Assembly (NCBI GenBank): GCA_049840735.1
Contig: JASGJN010000022.1
Location: 320,001-384,000, forward strand
Length of the DNA: 64,000 bases
Direction of reading: 5' to 3'
Source of the DNA: Anaeromyxobacter sp.
GTDB lineage: Bacteria; Myxococcota; Myxococcia; Myxococcales; Anaeromyxobacteraceae
Both the position numbers and the translations under genes were made by a program. How positions within the stretch are numbered: position 1 is the stretch's first letter; each line of letters opens with the position of its first letter. Shown here in pieces: positions 43,501-54,229 of the stretch. The notes under the pieces were generated by a model. It did not search any database and had not been told where the DNA came from. It was given only the letters and a program-made list of their open reading frames with translations.

Positions 43501-44987
43501 ACTGCGGGGCGCTGGAGAACATCTGCCCGGGGGCGTACGAGAACTCGGCCACGTGCTCGGCGGGCGTCTGCGCGACGGTAGGCGCGCCCTCGATCACCGG
43601 GGTAGCCCGGATGCGCACGGTGTTCGCGATCAGCTACACCTCCTCCACGGGCCTGCTCGCCCTCCAGGACGATCTGACGAGCAATCCCCCCTCCTCGGTG
43701 ATCGGCGGTGACGGGACGACCGAATACCAGGTCCTCTCGGTCTCGCCGGCGGGGCTGATGCTGGCGCGCGGGCTCGATCCCGCGGTGGTGCTCACCGGCG
43801 AGGAGTGGGCCGAGGGCACCTGGTGGAAGGCGAGGCTCGTGTTCCCGCCGTCGGCCAGCGACACGATCGACCTCACCCGCAATGACGGCCTCGTCGTGCG
43901 CGGAACGGGCCTGCGCGCCGATGGGCAGCTCGGGCTGATGACGACCGCAGGAGACGTCCCCGGCGACCTGTCCTCGGCCATCTACTCGGCCGACAAGGCC
44001 GTGGTGCCCGAGATCCGCGACATCACCGAGCGCTTCGCCTTCGTGGCCTTCCGATCGGTTCGCGGGGACGCTGCCACCTGGAATCCGGTCAGGTGGAGTG
44101 ACGCACCGCGGATCACGAGCATCCGGGCCGAGGGCGACTACGACTGCGGAGCGGATACCTGGGCGTGTCCTTCCTACGTGGCCTACGGACGGCAACTAGC
44201 GGTCGAGGGCTACTGGCTCGACAACGTCAACCTGGTGTCGTTCGAGCATGTGGTGTCCGGGGACAACGCGGAGGAACTGGTGCCTGCCCGCGGCTCCGGG
44301 AGCGCGTCTCCTGACTGGTATCAGGTGACCGACGCCAATCACCTCACGCTCTGGCTGGATGTGGACGGCGGCCCGGTGGCGCGCGGCCTGTTGCTGAGGA
44401 GCACCTACAACGGGTCCTACACCACGTATCTGCAGGAGCCGTATCCGGGGCTTCGGTATCTGTCGTTCATCCAGTCCGATGAGAACGGCCTTCAGGGCTT
44501 CTCCGTGGCACTGACTGCGGTGCCCCCGTCCACTAAGGCGATCAGCTACGGTCGCGTGCTCACCAACCGGGGCTATCGCAGCGATTGGGACTCGTTCGAG
44601 GTGGGCACCGTCAGCCCTCTGGACGACGACCGCCTGCTCTTCCGCGCAAACGCCTTCACGGCTGGAGACGTGGACTCCATCCGCTTCGTCTCCCACTGGG
44701 GTGGCACGCCATGCCCGGCCGCGGTGAAGAGCTTCGGGGGCTCGCCCATCGTCGTGCGCTTCGAGCCGATGGACTACTTCCCGTCCGCGTACTGCCGCAT
44801 GGTCGTCCGGCTAAAGGATGGCTCGGAGATCTACAGCCCGTTCACCTTCTGGTTCGCCAGCAAGCACGCACCGCTGCCCCCGACGCCCGATCCGGGTGAT
44901 CCCGGGCCGGACCCTGACCCGCAGCCGTTCCCGATGCCCCAGCCTCGCACGCCGGGCCAGGGCTCGACCAACACGGTGATCCCGTGA
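40503..44987 (+). CDS. Large secreted protein: CARDB/Ig-like domains, ~10 Cys-rich repeats, uncharacterised C-terminal region, Pro-rich tail
   Basis: Signal peptide MNRLLQAVGVVLLLVSTASA, ESREDDN (CARDB-like), DxxPP/GxN..TxxAxDxxGN Ig-like repeats, DPxNCG repeats. Confidence 0.85.
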   Translation: MNRLLQAVGVVLLLVSTASAASPSKPNTSRLEPAALASPGNARVGDGLRLDYAVRNPTALASARGQVTFSLSSATSTAASLQASGAAAPSAVAAGRSYRLTSVSLEGLAAGQTVSGSVVAAVPNMAAGEYNLVAVVHESGHPVTDDRALTSTHVVTVAARTSVLPNLSVVSVSGPTLVATDTTITGTAIFANDPAGSVAAGDFVSEFQLALDGFPEVIAAAEQPTVAGPLSPGAQVQVQAALAVPANATPGTYRILARADVTDTVLESREDDNQTAGAEIQVVVDALPPELHVTAPADGLVLSGTEATVTVSATDDAGVRAVTANGLPLLPNPSGTWSGAVPLLEGPNALVVTATDLVGHETTQEIHVRRDTIAPALELTSPAGGSEVYATSIRLAGRLVDAGPVALQVAGAAVPVAADGSFGVDVPLAMGDNAFTLVAVDQAGNRASAIVHIQRVTPPLRVTVSEPAAAFVVKSALLSVRGVVTGAQGTATVTVNGTQAPLSGDGSFSAMTTVAVGQVSVEVAAADASGQTVRVVIQGTRVGAGTDGAAAGWCDSKPGTAMTYDPAGNLTGIYDTANDVSNCGCPGHACAPSAAGAAACSKGVCGVVAGAGFIGLSNDPTNCGTIGHVCPAVANGGATCENGSCAVECATGYAAIGSGCFDILRDPLNCGSVGNVCQATTMGVPVCTDGLCGLECRPEHVSVGGRCIDINTDPQNCGTVQNVCPGTDNGSGVCVDARCGLQCDPGYVMRGWYSCVDLSTDPENCGAVYNQCPTSDHGTTTCSNGVCNLQCEPHYLQQAGACIDVAVDPANCGGAGVACSVPRNAYPTCTDAVCGFACNPGYVLRGGQCEPRDPTSDLDYCGADAVQCPPDEHGVADCDNGVCGVTCNAGYGLYGGVCVPSTDPAHCGTRTTACPTVAHAVALCINNTCDLRCADGYERSGNTCVAVAADPLNCGWVGHRCTTPAHGTAVCEAGACGVSCNAGYPEQDGACVDVQTDQWNCGALENICPGAYENSATCSAGVCATVGAPSITGVARMRTVFAISYTSSTGLLALQDDLTSNPPSSVIGGDGTTEYQVLSVSPAGLMLARGLDPAVVLTGEEWAEGTWWKARLVFPPSASDTIDLTRNDGLVVRGTGLRADGQLGLMTTAGDVPGDLSSAIYSADKAVVPEIRDITERFAFVAFRSVRGDAATWNPVRWSDAPRITSIRAEGDYDCGADTWACPSYVAYGRQLAVEGYWLDNVNLVSFEHVVSGDNAEELVPARGSGSASPDWYQVTDANHLTLWLDVDGGPVARGLLLRSTYNGSYTTYLQEPYPGLRYLSFIQSDENGLQGFSVALTAVPPSTKAISYGRVLTNRGYRSDWDSFEVGTVSPLDDDRLLFRANAFTAGDVDSIRFVSHWGGTPCPAAVKSFGGSPIVVRFEPMDYFPSAYCRMVVRLKDGSEIYSPFTFWFASKHAPLPPTPDPGDPGPDPDPQPFPMPQPRTPGQGSTNTVIP

Positions 44988-45046
44988 AGCGCCCAGCGGC
45001 TGTGTCCCGTCCTTCGCGTCCTGAACACCGAGGCCTCGAGGCTCTC

Positions 45047-48000
45047 ATGAGAATCAAGTCTTTCTGCGGATTCGCCCTCCTCGCCCTCCTCGCGCTGCCG
45101 CTCGGCGCCTGGGCGCAGCAGACGTCCCAGCCCCGCGGTGACGTGGCCGACGCGTTCTTCCGCTTCACCGGCACCGAGAACAAGCCCTTCGCCTCGGAGC
45201 TGCCTGGCGAGACGGTCGATCCGTTCACCGGGACGCTGCACATCGTGCAGACGGATGTGGTGCTGCCGGGGCACGGCGGGCTCGACTTCCGCATCATCCG
45301 CTCGTACAGCAGCAAGATCTGGGGCAGAGCCGACCTGCTCGACTCAGAGCCCCTGCTGGCCGAGAAGGAAGCGTCGATTCTCGGGTACGGCTGGAGCCTG
45401 CACTTCGGGCGCCTTCGTAACCCCTGGGCGACCGGGAAGAGCGACATCTGTGGCGGCGACTTCCCTGTCTTCGAGGAGCCGGACGGTACCTCGCACGTCT
45501 TCTACCCGCACCGGACCCTCGGGAACGTGTTCGTCTCCAAGGACTACTGGCGGATGGAGCGGAACTGCGCAGCGGCCGGCGCTGGCGGGACCTGCGTCTG
45601 GTCCAGCAGCGGTCTCCGCTATGACTTCCTACCGTCCAGCACGGTGGATGGGGTGGCTCGACTCAACACGTTCCAGGTGGGCGGTACCGCGGTGCTTCCG
45701 GCGGTGCGCGTCGTGGACCCGTTCGGCAATCAAATCACGTACACCTATATCGCTTCGACCGGTGCTCCCGAGTCAGTTAAGGATACGTACGAAAGAATCG
45801 TCGAATTCCGCTATAGCGTGATCAATGCCGAGCGCCGGCTCCAGAGCATCCTGCTCAACGGCAAGGCCTTCACCTACGGGTACGAGACGCTCAGACCCGA
45901 GGACGTGGCTGGCCACACTGGCCGATTTCCGCTGCCCGGACCCAGGCGCTTCCTCACGCAGGTCACTCCGCCCGCCGGCCCCTCGTCCTACTACAGCTAC
46001 TGGCTCGATACCCCCGTCGGTGAGAACCAGTATGCGCTGCGGACGATCACCTATCCTGCCGGCGGATCCACGACCTACAACTACGGCGCGGTCGCGTTCT
46101 TCACCGGACTCGAGACCGTCTCATTTGCGACGGTGACCAGCCGCGTCACCGGCGGTCGGGGAATCGCCGCAGGAGAGTGGACGTACGAATACCGATCGCC
46201 CGGCTACAAGACGTACGATTCGACTGATCCCGAGGACGGAAGCAAGTCTGACCTTCACGTCACGACGATCACGCGTCCGGACGGTCTCCACGATACGTAT
46301 ACGCTGTACGGATTCGGGTGGGCTGCCGATCAGGATCGTTTCGGCTACACCTACGCCGTGGGGTTGACGCGCTCGATAGCAAGAGCGGACCGGGCCGAGG
46401 TCGAGTACTTCGACTGGGACCTGCGCATCGAGCAACCGGTCTCCGACGCGACGTTCAGCGCTCCGGTCTACTCCACCAGCTGCGGAGCCCACTTCGTGGC
46501 GGACGGCGGCGTGTACGCGCCACAGGTCGCGCACCACTGGTTGATGCGCGACGAGGATCAAGGAACTGGCCAAGCCGCCTGGTTTCAGACGGACTACAGC
46601 AATTTCGACGCTTACGGCCAGGCATTGTCGATGGTGGAGACCGGTTACAGCGGCAGCCTTGGAGACATCCCGCCGGTCCCGGCCGTGAGGACGACCGAGC
46701 TCTCCTACTTCTCGGCTCCCGAGGAAGGCGGCCAGACGCTCAACATGGTCCGGGGGAAACTCCTGACGCAGTCGATCTGCGTGAGCGGCGACTGCTTCCA
46801 GGATGCTTGGAGCTACGACGAGCCCGGCCACCCTGTGCACCTGGAGGTGAAGAGCGGCGTCGCCACCCGGTTCGACCACTACCTCGACGGCGATTCTCAA
46901 GAGCGTGACCAACGCCGCGAACAAGCAGGTCACGCTGTCCGACTATGAGTTCGGTCTGCCCAAGACTGCTTCGGTTCGGGGCGGTCCGACCACCAGCAGG
47001 TCGGTCACCTGGGAAGGTTGGGTCAACAGCCGCACGACTGGCCGGAACTTCACGACCACGATCGATCTTGACGACGTCGGGCGGCCGCTCCTTGTGACGC
47101 CACCCGGTGCGAGCGAGCCGACCCGATACACCTACGCCGCAGATGGCTCGACGCTGACAGAGACCCGGGGCGCCTACAGCAAGGTGGCTTCTCTTGACGG
47201 GCTGGGCCGAGCCGTGGCGACGCTCGACTCGCTGGGCGTGAAGTCCAGCGTCACCTTCGACGCGATGGGAAGAACGACGTTCAAGTCCTACCCTTACGAC
47301 GACACCCGCGGCGAAGTCGGCGAGCTGAGCGAGCTTGACGGCCTCGGGCGCGTTATCACCGCGACCCAAGGTTACCGACCCAGCCGGGGAGCGTGCGATA
47401 GGCCCGGGGCTTGTCAGACGCGAATTGCCTATAAGTACAACTGCACGGAGAGTTGGGTGGAGCGCGGCCCCAAGGACGTCACCGAAACGGGCGCGTGCTT
47501 CGTCTCCTACGGTAGCCCGGACGAACAGCGGCTCGCGCAGGTGGCCGCGCGCACGGCCCCGGGCGGAGGCTGGGCCTACTGGCAGTATGCATATACCGCC
47601 GCAGGCCAGCTCAAGGGCGTGACGGCGCCGCTCGACCAGGCCGACGCCCAGCAGAACTTCGACGAGCACCAGTTCCTGCGGCGCGCTGTGAGCCATGAAA
47701 GCGGCGAGACCGTCTTCACCCCGAACGCCATCGGGCAGCCGACGTCGCGCGTGGACGCCCGCTCGGTCGCAACGCAGTATGGCTACGAGGATCCGCTCAG
47801 CCGCCTCCGCACGATCACGTACCCGGGTGACCCGGCCAACGACGTCCGACTGGACTACGACGAGGACAGCAACCTGAGCACGAGCGCCAGCGCGAATGGG
47901 GGTTCGTACAGCTACGGCTACGACGAGCGGGATCGCCTCACATCCCAGACCTGGACCATCGCCGGGCACGCCTACATCACCACGTACCACTACGATCCAA

Positions 48001-49572
48001 CGGGCTGTCTGGACTCCGTCACCTACCCCACCGGAACCACCTTGACCCAGACCTGCGACGCCGCGAACCGGGTCGCGAGCCTCACGGCCAATGGGCAGCC
48101 GATCGTGGGCCAGGTCACCTACCATCCGACCGGGCAACCTGCGACCTTCACTTATGGAAACGGCGTCGGAGACCGAGGTGGTCATCGACGATCGGGGCCG
48201 GGTCTCGTCCATCACCGCGGGCGACGTGATGGCGTTGACCTACGGCTACGACGGAGCCGGGAACGTGACGTCGCTGGACGACCGCGCCGTGGGAGGCAGC
48301 GCACGCTTCATGGTGTACGACCCCGCCGACCGTCTTCAGAGCGTATCCGCGCCCGGGCTGTGGGGCTTGGCCTTGTACGCCTACGATGAGCTCGGCAATC
48401 GGACGCTCAAGCACGTTGGCGACGACGTGACCTACAGCTACGACGCGAACAACCGGCTCAGGTCCTCGACCGAGGCGCCGAGCCGTGGGACCATGACGCT
48501 GACCTGGGATGGCGAAGGCCGGCTGGCGACGTCGTCGGACGGAGCCCTCTACCGGTACAACGGTCAAGGTCTCCGCGTGCTCAAGCGTGACGGCTCAGGC
48601 GTCACGGTGTACCACCACGATGGCGCCGGCCGCGTGATCGCCGAGACCCGCCCTGACGGCACGCTCCTCCGGGAGTATTTCTTCTTCGCGGGCCAGCTGG
48701 TCGCGGTCCACGGCTGCGTCGCGGGTAGCGCTAGCTGCAGTGCGCTGGAGTGGTATCACACTGACACGCTCGGCAGCGCCACGGCCCGGACCGATGCCAG
48801 CGGCAACGTCACGTCCCGCGTGCAGTACGATCCATGGGGCGGCGAATGGTCCGAGCAGGGCGAGATGGGCGCTCGGCGGTTCAACGGGCGGGTCCACGAC
48901 CCAGGGACCGGCTTCCATGATTACGGTGCGCGGTTGTATTGGCCGGAGATGGGACGATTCGCCAGTGCGGACACCGTTCTCGGAAAGTCGGAGAGCGTGG
49001 CCTCCCTGAACAGGTACAGCTACGCTTGGAACAACCCATACAAGTTCATCGACCCAAGCGGGCACAGTGTGTTTGTGGTAGGCGACCCTGAGGCCTACGA
49101 GACCGCTACGGCATACCTACGCCAGGACCCAGCAATGCGCGAGGCCATTGACCAACTTCAATCGCCGGATACGCCGCTGGTGACCGTTGTCGTCTGCGAT
49201 ACGTGCAAAGACTCCTACAAACCAAGTGCCAGGGAAATCAGGTGGAACCCGAAACTTGCACACACGGGGTTCGCGGATGGATCCGGGCCGCGGACAGAAT
49301 CGGGCGAGCCGGGGGTCCAAAGTCCCGCGATGGCGCTTGGACATGAACTGGCACATGCTGCTGGACACGGTGCCGGTGGCCCCGCAGGGGAGGAGATAGT
49401 CGACTACCCTGCAGGCGCATACGTTAACATGGAGGAGATGCGCGTGATCACCGGTCCGGAGGCCAGTGCCGCGCGGACCCTTGGCGAAGATGCTCGAATG
49501 GATCATCGCGGCAAATCGGTGCACGTATCTGGCCCCCTGGATCGGACGGTTCCTGATGAACACGCGAGATAA
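45047..49572 (+). CDS. Rhs/YD-repeat polymorphic toxin with Sec signal peptide and HExxH tip (frameshifts at ~46894 and ~48169)
   Basis: MRIKSFCGFALLALLALPLGAWAQ, VDPFTGTLH...IRSYSS, many YD repeats, YHTDTLGS...YDPWG...GARLYWPEMGRF...NNPYKFIDPSGH, LGHELAH. Confidence 0.9.
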
Positions 49573-50041
49573 GCCAGGAGGTTGGGTCGCCCTTGGGGTA
49601 GTCCTTGTCGCGTTGGGCTGTCCTGGCCGTCCCTTGGCGGAACCGGTCAGCCCAGCGGTGAAGGCCTTTGCCGCGGCACGGTTTCAACCGCTGAGGCGGC
49701 TTGCGGATCTCCCGCAAGACGTGAGGGTGGCTGTAGACGCCGCGCTGCAGCACGAGCCGCTGGCCGATGCTGGAGAGGACTGGAACCCGACCTGTCTCGT
49801 CAACGAGGACTTGCCTGGCCAGCATCTTCTCTTTGCTGGCGGCTCGAAGGACCTCTGGTTCATCTACATCGAGATCGGCGGATACGGGTTGGGCTACCAC
49901 GTGTACACGTTCCGCCGCGCCAAGGGACGTGTGATCCTCGAGGGCGACTGGAGCGTGTCAGCCGATCCCGTCGCGTCCATAGACGCTCTGCAGACAGCGG
50001 TCCTATCTGAGGCGCAGGCTGCAGAGTTCCGGGACAGATGA
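49556..50041 (+). CDS. Putative immunity protein (lipoprotein-like signal)
   Basis: Overlaps the Rhs stop. WVALGVVLVALGC. Confidence 0.6.
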   Translation: MNTRDKPGGWVALGVVLVALGCPGRPLAEPVSPAVKAFAAARFQPLRRLADLPQDVRVAVDAALQHEPLADAGEDWNPTCLVNEDLPGQHLLFAGGSKDLWFIYIEIGGYGLGYHVYTFRRAKGRVILEGDWSVSADPVASIDALQTAVLSEAQAAEFRDR

Positions 50042-50520
50042 TCCCCGTCCAAAGGGCGCGCTTGAGCGCTTGTACAACCGACCCCGGGCCGGCTTGCGTG
50101 AATCCTTGGCCCGCACCGCACAGCGCTGGACCATCGGAACATCGGGCGTGCTCGTTATGCGTTGAGCACGCCAGCGCCTAGTGGATTCCCTGGCCAGGGG
50201 AGTTGGTCCACGTCGCCTCGTATTCCGCAAGCGGCTGCCGATCTCTATCGGCGGGCGACCAGTTCAGCGGGTTGCTAGAACCGCATCGTGGGTCGCGGTC
50301 GTACATGGTCGACAGTCGACCTCCTGGAGTCATGGGCCTGGGTTCCGTCCCGGCCAGGCCCGCCGGCCAGGCGTTCGCTCGACGCCGTAGAAGCGAGCTT
50401 GCCTGACAGCGCGCCCGGCCCGAAACTCAGGATTCTGAGGGTCGCCTGAAAACCGAAGGTCCCTCAGCCGCTTGCTGCGACCCCGCGGGCCCGGGCAAGG
50501 TATTCACTTGCCCGCAGAAA

Positions 50521-50557
50521 GACGAAGGACCTCCAGGTTTCCCCGAAAGCCCCGTCG
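50521..50557 (-). terminator. Hairpin downstream of the tRNA (homologous hairpin at 34567-34603, analogous one at 39864-39891)
   Basis: Minus strand GGGCTTTCGGG-GAAA-CCTGGAGGTCC-TTCGTCTTT. Confidence 0.6.
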
Positions 50558-50570
50558 CTACATCGGAATT

Positions 50571-50646
50571 TGGAGCGGGAAACCGGGTTCGAACCGGCGA
50601 CCCTCAGCTTGGGAAGCTGATGCTCTACCAACTGAGCTATTCCCGC
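50571..50646 (-). tRNA. tRNA-Gly (anticodon CCC)
   Basis: Reverse complement GCGGGAATAGCTCAGTTGGTAGAGCATCAGCTTCCCAAGCTGAGGGTCGCCGGTTCGAACCCGGTTTCCCGCTCCA: full cloverleaf, TTCGAA T-loop, encoded CCA. Confidence 0.98.
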
Positions 50647-50658
50647 GTCGCGATGACC

Positions 50659-50687
50659 GTTTTGCCGTGAAGGGCCCCTGGAGTCAA
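50659..50687 (-). promoter_or_regulatory. Putative sigma70 promoter of the tRNA
   Basis: Minus strand TTGACT-N17-CAAAAC ending 12 nt before the tRNA 5' end. Confidence 0.5.
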
Positions 50688-50783
50688 GGAGTTCGCGGCG
50701 CCTCGGCCCGGGCGGGCGAGGGGGTGTGGGATGGCCCTGCGCGGGGGCGCGGGGGGCGCTAGGCTCACGCCGGGAGGTCGTGC

Positions 50784-51476
50784 GTGGGCGACGGGAAGGG
50801 CAGCTTGGACGCGGCCATCGCGGCGCTGCGGGCGAGGTTCGCGGCGCGGGTGGCGGCCACGCCGGCCGTCTCCGATCCGGCGCCGCAGGGGGAGGGGCCG
50901 CCGAACCGGCATGGGATGCCGCGGGTCCCGGTGGGCCAGCGCGTGGCGGCTCCGGGCAAGTGGCCGGTGCTCGATCTGGGCGAGCACCCGGACCTCGCGC
51001 CGGAGGCCTGGCGGCTCCAGGTGGACGGCGCCGTGGAAGCCCCGCTCTCGCTCTCCTTCGCCGAGCTGATGGCCCTGCCGCAGGTCGATCAGCAGGCGGA
51101 CTTCCACTGCGTGACGGGGTTCTCCGTCCTCGATTTGCGCTGGGCGGGCGTCCGGCTGGAGACGGTCCTGGCCCTGGCGCGGCCAGTGGACGCCGCCAGC
51201 CACCTCCTGGTCCACGGGGCCGACGGCTACTCCACCAACCTCCCGCTCGAGGAGGCGCTCAAGCCGGACGTGCTGCTGGTCCACGCGGTGGACGGCCGGC
51301 CGCTGCCGCGCGAGCACGGCGGCCCGGTGCGCGTGATCACGCCCCAGCTCTACGCCTGGAAGGGCGCGAAGTGGGTCTCGCGGCTGGAGGTCCTCACGGC
51401 CGATCGGCGCGGCTACTGGGAGATCCGCGGGTACAGCAACACGGCGCACCCGTGGCGCGATGATCGGAACTGGTAG
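50784..51476 (+). CDS. Sulfite oxidase-like molybdopterin-binding oxidoreductase
   Basis: WPVLDLG, DFHCVTGFS, YSTNLPL, PREHGGPVR, YAWKGAKW, GYWEIRGYS. Confidence 0.88.
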   Translation: MGDGKGSLDAAIAALRARFAARVAATPAVSDPAPQGEGPPNRHGMPRVPVGQRVAAPGKWPVLDLGEHPDLAPEAWRLQVDGAVEAPLSLSFAELMALPQVDQQADFHCVTGFSVLDLRWAGVRLETVLALARPVDAASHLLVHGADGYSTNLPLEEALKPDVLLVHAVDGRPLPREHGGPVRVITPQLYAWKGAKWVSRLEVLTADRRGYWEIRGYSNTAHPWRDDRNW

Positions 51477-51485
51477 CGGACCTGG

Positions 51486-51580
51486 CCTTCGACTTCGGGC
51501 CCGCGGACGCGGGCCCTACGCTCAGGCCGAACGGACGGATAGGAACCCGCTCGCCCCGCGCCAGGCTCGGGGCGAACGGT
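51486..51580. repeat. REP-like palindromic element, copy 2
   Basis: CCTTCGACTTCGGGCCCGCGGACGCGGGCCCTACGCTCAGGCCGAACGG, lying between convergent genes. Confidence 0.75.
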
Positions 51581-51604
51581 CGGCTGCCTGCGGGCGCCCG
51601 AGGG

Positions 51605-51985
51605 CTACTTCTTCTTCGCGAACCGCCGGAAGAAGTCGACGGTCTGGGTGGTGGCGCCCTTCCAGTCGAGCGTCTCGGCGGGCTCGTCTTCCTCGCCCTC
51701 GATCCAGATGCCGCCGCAGGACTCGCAGGTGTCGTAGTGGAGGCTGCGCTTCTCGCCCCCCTCCACGGCCACGAGGTCGACGTTGCACGCCGGGCACATG
51801 CCGGCGATCTCGTCTGGATTGGCGGTCCCGCCGATCGTCGACAGGGCCGGCAGGTTTCCGTGGAGCAGGATCTTGTTCAGATCAGTGACGTCGACCCAGA
51901 GCCCCCCGCAATCGCCGCATCGCTGGATGGCGCTCTCATCGTGGGTGATCTCCTGGAGCTCGACGGCACAACGCGGACAATCCAT
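51605..51985 (-). CDS. Tandem zinc-ribbon (zf-TFIIB-like) protein
   Basis: CPRC...CGDCGGLW and CPAC...CESCGGIW. Confidence 0.8.
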   Translation of the reverse strand: MDCPRCAVELQEITHDESAIQRCGDCGGLWVDVTDLNKILLHGNLPALSTIGGTANPDEIAGMCPACNVDLVAVEGGEKRSLHYDTCESCGGIWIEGEEDEPAETLDWKGATTQTVDFFRRFAKKK

Positions 51986-52096
51986 GACGGTACGGGTCCT
52001 CCTAGGGACCGTGGGCACGGCAGATGAGAGAAGGGGGGTTCAAGCGGACGCCGGGGCCTGGAATCGTTGGATAGTAGTCAGAACGCCGCGCCCGTT

Positions 52097-52803
52097 TCAA
52101 CGGGCATTCTTCTGGAGGGGCTGGAGGTCCTGTCCGACCACCTGCCGGAGGGCGTCGATCAGCCTCCGGAGCCGCTCGGCATGGAGCTTCAAGGCCACCC
52201 GGTTCACCACCAGCCGGGCGGACACCTGGAGGACCTCCTCCTCGATCACCAGACCATTGGCGCGCAGCGTTTCGCCGGTCTCCGTGATGTCCACGATGGC
52301 GTCGGCCAGGCCCAGCGACGGCGCCACCTCGATGGACCCGTGGAGCGGTATCACCTCCGCCGGGACCCCCTTCTGCGCGAAGTGGCGGGCGGCCAGGGAA
52401 ACGTACTTGGTGGCCACCCGCGGCGCGACCCCGGCGGGGAGGGGGGCGGCGTCCTTGGGCCGGGCCACGATGACGGTGCAGCGCCCGATCCCCAGGTCGA
52501 GCGGCTCGTAGAGGTCCCGGGGCTCCTCCCGCAGCACGTCCAACCCGACGATGCCGACGGCGGCGGCGCCGTGCTCGACGTAGCTGGCCACGTCGCCGGC
52601 CCGGATCGAGATGAACCGCAGCCCGGCCTCCGGGGCGTCGGCGTGCAGCTTGCGCGTCCCCTCGAGCAGCTTCCGGGGGGACACGTCGAGCGCCTTCTCG
52701 AACAGCGCCGACGACTCCTGCAGCAGCCGGCCCTTGGGCACGGCCACCGTGATCAGCTCCGTCACCTTTCCCGTCCTCTCGCGCGCAGCCCGCGCCGTCC
52801 CGG

Positions 52804-52807
<4 letters not shown>
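52097..52807 (-). CDS. hisG: ATP phosphoribosyltransferase, short form (start may be GTG at 52765)
   Basis: [60 protein letters not shown]. Confidence 0.95.
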
Positions 52808-54072
<1,265 letters not shown>

Positions 54073-54229
54073 CGTCCTTCTCCGTTCGGGAAACGGCTGT
54101 CCGTCCGTCCGCTGGTTGCGCGAGCCCCCATGGGCTCGCCGGCGCGGGCGCTGGAGAGCGTCCTCCCGCCCTCCTGCCTTGCAGGAGCGGGGCCGCCCTC
54201 CGCGGTGGGGGGGCGAGCGGGGGCGGATT

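Larger units (their letters stand above)
39901..50615. mobile_element. att-flanked cassette 1 (10670 bp core to core) with Rhs toxin cargo and no integrase
   Basis: Bounded by the tRNA 3'-half copy and the intact tRNA. Arm motifs at 40036-40057 and 50493-50513. Confidence 0.85.

Noticed and set aside
34617..50615. CRISPR array from three identical repeats
   Set aside because: Spacing is 5-10 kb, the repeat is tRNA-derived, and no cas genes are seen.
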